From Verrucomicrobiales bacterium (lineage in GTDB: Bacteria; Verrucomicrobiota; Verrucomicrobiia; Limisphaerales; UBA1100), in contig JAYOSV010000012.1 of NCBI GenBank assembly GCA_038139415.1, positions 1-64,000 on the forward strand: a stretch of DNA of 64,000 nt, in the 5' to 3' direction. The notes beneath the pieces were generated by a model. The model searched no databases. It was not told where the DNA came from and saw only the letters and a program-made list of their open reading frames with translations. Of this stretch, positions 61,941-64,000 are shown in pieces. The position numbers were made by a program, and so were the translations under genes. Within the stretch, counting starts at the first letter, position 1. Each line of letters begins with the position of its first letter.

Positions 61941-62035
61941 AGGTGGATTCTAAGTTTTCCCCGTGAAAAAGCCGATGGTTTGGCAAAGCACATTCACCAA
62001 CATTCTCTTAAGAATTGTCTAAAACCTGCAACAAT

Positions 62036-62569
62036 TCAGTTTTTGGTCTCGATTCCCAACTCCTTAAGGGTCTTGGCAGCATTTGCTCCATCCTCAGAAG
62101 GACTGACATCTTTATCAATTTTGAGAATTTTCCCATCCTTACCGATATAAAAGGTCCACCTTCGAGGTAATGGCCAAACACCCGAAACCACACCATATTT
62201 CTTTGCTGTCTCCTTACTTGGATCGCTTAAGATGGGGTAATCAGCATCTAATGACTTGGCGAAATTTGCATTTCCTTTCTTTCCCTCAAGCGGATCACAA
62301 CTTGCGGTAAAGTAAGCAACGTTAAACTTTCTCAATTCGGTGCCATTAGCACTGAACGACTTGCATTGCTTAGTGCAGCCTCCAGTAAAAGCTTTTGGAA
62401 ACCAGGCAATGACAACAGCCTGTTTCCCCTTAAGGTCAGAAAGTCTGTGAGTTTTCCCATCACTCCCGGTTAATGCAAAATCAGGAGCTAGATCCCCCAC
62501 ATCCAGACCAGACGGCCCTCCACAACCTCCGAATAACACTAAACTCATGATTATAAATTTGTTTAGCAT
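62036..62569 (-). CDS. Peroxiredoxin/redoxin (AhpC-TSA/Bcp-like) lipoprotein
   Basis: Lipobox LFGGCGG. Redoxin motif FTGGCTKQC. The start is taken at [10 protein letters not shown]. Sits in a lower-GC region. Confidence 0.75.
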   Translation of the reverse strand: MLNKFIIMSLVLFGGCGGPSGLDVGDLAPDFALTGSDGKTHRLSDLKGKQAVVIAWFPKAFTGGCTKQCKSFSANGTELRKFNVAYFTASCDPLEGKKGNANFAKSLDADYPILSDPSKETAKKYGVVSGVWPLPRRWTFYIGKDGKILKIDKDVSPSEDGANAAKTLKELGIETKN

Positions 62570-62726
62570 CTTTGAACAAGAACCCAGGCTAGAACTGTGT
62601 GTGTTATGGATCAAGCTTACAAGTTAAGCACTTTCAACAATGTGTCAAATGACGATTTACTTTAACAGTTCCTAGAAAACTTTCTTTTGATCGCTTTTAT
62701 GCCGAATTCTCAACAGACTGTGCGCC

Positions 62727-63038
62727 TTGAAAGGTAAGCTTCTACATCGATTGCGCATGGTTGGGCTTTGCGAAGGCACATCCACTTTGCTCCTTTTTTT
62801 TATCGCGATGCCCTTAAAATATTTAGCGGGAAAACCGTTGGCCGTTTCAATTGTGGGCGCGATCCATGGAGGGTTATTCCTATTATACTGTGCAGTATTA
62901 TGGCATGCAATGACCGCCAATAAACGCCCGGTCAAATGGGCGGCAAAATATTTCATTGCGGCACTGGTTCCGTTTGGCCCGTTTGTGGTGGACGGCTCTC
63001 TCAAGCGTGAATTGGCGGAGTTGCCCGACGACGATTAA
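62727..63038 (+). CDS. DUF3817-like small membrane protein
   Basis: 103 aa, 3 TM. MPLKYL...HGGLFLLY...FGPF pattern. Confidence 0.5.
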   Translation: MKGKLLHRLRMVGLCEGTSTLLLFFIAMPLKYLAGKPLAVSIVGAIHGGLFLLYCAVLWHAMTANKRPVKWAAKYFIAALVPFGPFVVDGSLKRELAELPDDD

Positions 63039-63039
63039 C

Positions 63040-64000
63040 GTGGCGGAAGAAAAGCTAACTTCCAACGCCTCCGGATTCTGGGGCGTGCGTACTCCGTTCG
63101 CCCCGAGCGCATGCCCATTCTTTTACGGCTGGGTCATTGTCTTTGCCGCCACCCTCGGCACGATCGCCAGCATCCCCGGCCAAACGATGGGGTTCACGGT
63201 CTTCACCGATGTGCTCATGGAGGAACTCGGGCTGTCCCGCGTGGAGCTTAGCCTAGCCTACTGCCTTGGCACGGTGGCCAGCGGGCTGACGCTGCCGTGG
63301 TTGGGGCGCGTCCTCGATCGTTGGGGTGAACGAAAAATGGCTGTGGCCTCGGTGGCCGCCACCGGCGCGGTGCTATTTTACCTCGCGGCCTGCGCGCCGA
63401 TGAGCCACGGATTGGGCCGCATCCTGCCGACGGGGTTCGCGGCGTTTGTGGTGATTGGAATTGGCTTTTACCTTGTGCGCGCAGCGGCGCAGGGGGTGTT
63501 GTCCATGACCTGCCGAAACGCCATCGGCAAATGGTTTGATCACCGGCGCGGCCTGGCGATGGCGATCAGCAGCATCCTCGTGTCGTTCAGTTTCTCGATG
63601 TCTCCCAAATGGATCGAGTGGCTGAAGGAACGCCACGGATATGACGGGGCATGGATAATTATGGGCCTCGGCACGATTTTTATTATGGGTCCACTCGCGT
63701 GGCTGCTCTTTCGCGATACCCCGGAGGATGACGGCCTGTTGATGGACGGTGGGGCCAAGCCGGCGGCCCACAATAATCCGGACATGCACATCGAGCGGGA
63801 GTTCACGCGCGATGAGGCGGTGCGCGATTATTCGTTTTGGGTCTTCAACGCCGCGTTCGGATTCTGGGCCTTGTTCGGCACGGCGTTCACATTTCACGCC
63901 ACCTCGCTGGGGGAAGAATACGGTTTCACGCGCGAACGGATCATCAATCTCTTTGTGCCCATCGCCGCTACCAGCGTGACCACCAATCTCCTGTTCGGCG
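63040..64000 (+). CDS. MFS transporter, 3' partial (runs off the window end), GTG start
   Basis: Manual translation from the GTG at 63040 (VAEEKLTSNASGFWGVRTPFAPSACPFFYGWVIVFAATLGTIASIPGQTMGF...) is open to position 64000 and has MFS-like TM helices. It is absent from the ORF track because it has no stop. The antisense ORF 63373-63897 is rejected. Confidence 0.5.
   Translation, partial: MAEEKLTSNASGFWGVRTPFAPSACPFFYGWVIVFAATLGTIASIPGQTMGFTVFTDVLMEELGLSRVELSLAYCLGTVASGLTLPWLGRVLDRWGERKMAVASVAATGAVLFYLAACAPMSHGLGRILPTGFAAFVVIGIGFYLVRAAAQGVLSMTCRNAIGKWFDHRRGLAMAISSILVSFSFSMSPKWIEWLKERHGYDGAWIIMGLGTIFIMGPLAWLLFRDTPEDDGLLMDGGAKPAAHNNPDMHIEREFTRDEAVRDYSFWVFNAAFGFWALFGTAFTFHATSLGEEYGFTRERIINLFVPIAATSVTTNLLFG

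Noticed and set aside
63373-63897. 174-aa minus-strand ORF near the window end
   Set aside because: Antisense to the open MFS reading frame starting at the GTG at 63040. Its translation is Arg/His-rich with no TM pattern.

Overview
High-GC (~60% by eye) bacterial chromosomal window with dense, mostly well-packed genes. The gene content looks like the Planctomycetota–Verrucomicrobiota–Chlamydiota group: three sulfatases (one a remnant), TAT-exported Gfo/Idh/MocA oxidoreductases, Sel1-repeat lipoproteins, an FG-GAP protein, a thioredoxin–PDZ protein and an ECF sigma/anti-sigma pair. I found no rRNA, tRNA, CRISPR array, integrase or transposase. Three loci stand out. (1) A two-gene operon encodes a 774-aa flotillin (SPFH) protein followed by an 1852-aa coiled-coil protein with a MoxR/AAA_5-like ATPase core. 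It has no NfeD partner and sits beside a single-HKD phospholipase-D-type nuclease and a protein with a disordered Ser/Thr-rich tail. This is a candidate undescribed membrane-associated machine. (2) A tightly overlapping five-gene operon encodes what looks like a eukaryote/peroxisome-style ether-lipid pathway: a GNPAT-like acyltransferase, alkyl-DHAP synthase with its WGWG and HHH hallmarks, an SDR reductase and an AGPAT-like acyltransferase. It is led by a soluble HMG-CoA-reductase-family enzyme that I propose supplies fatty alcohol. An MMPL-type exporter lies just upstream, and pepA is translationally coupled downstream. (3) A visibly lower-GC 2.9-kb island encodes a lone 946-aa SF2 (DEAH) helicase with a long uncharacterised C-terminal region. 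Other lipid-remodelling genes are also present: an Aas/LplT-like acyltransferase–MFS pair and an acyl-CoA desaturase. The rest is housekeeping and environmental genes: pepA, dtd, dinB, amtB-glnK, MazG, DJ-1, PhyH, a peroxiredoxin, two enolase-superfamily enzymes and two amidohydrolases. All calls come from motif recognition in the supplied translations and from manual inspection of intergenic DNA. No database searches were run.
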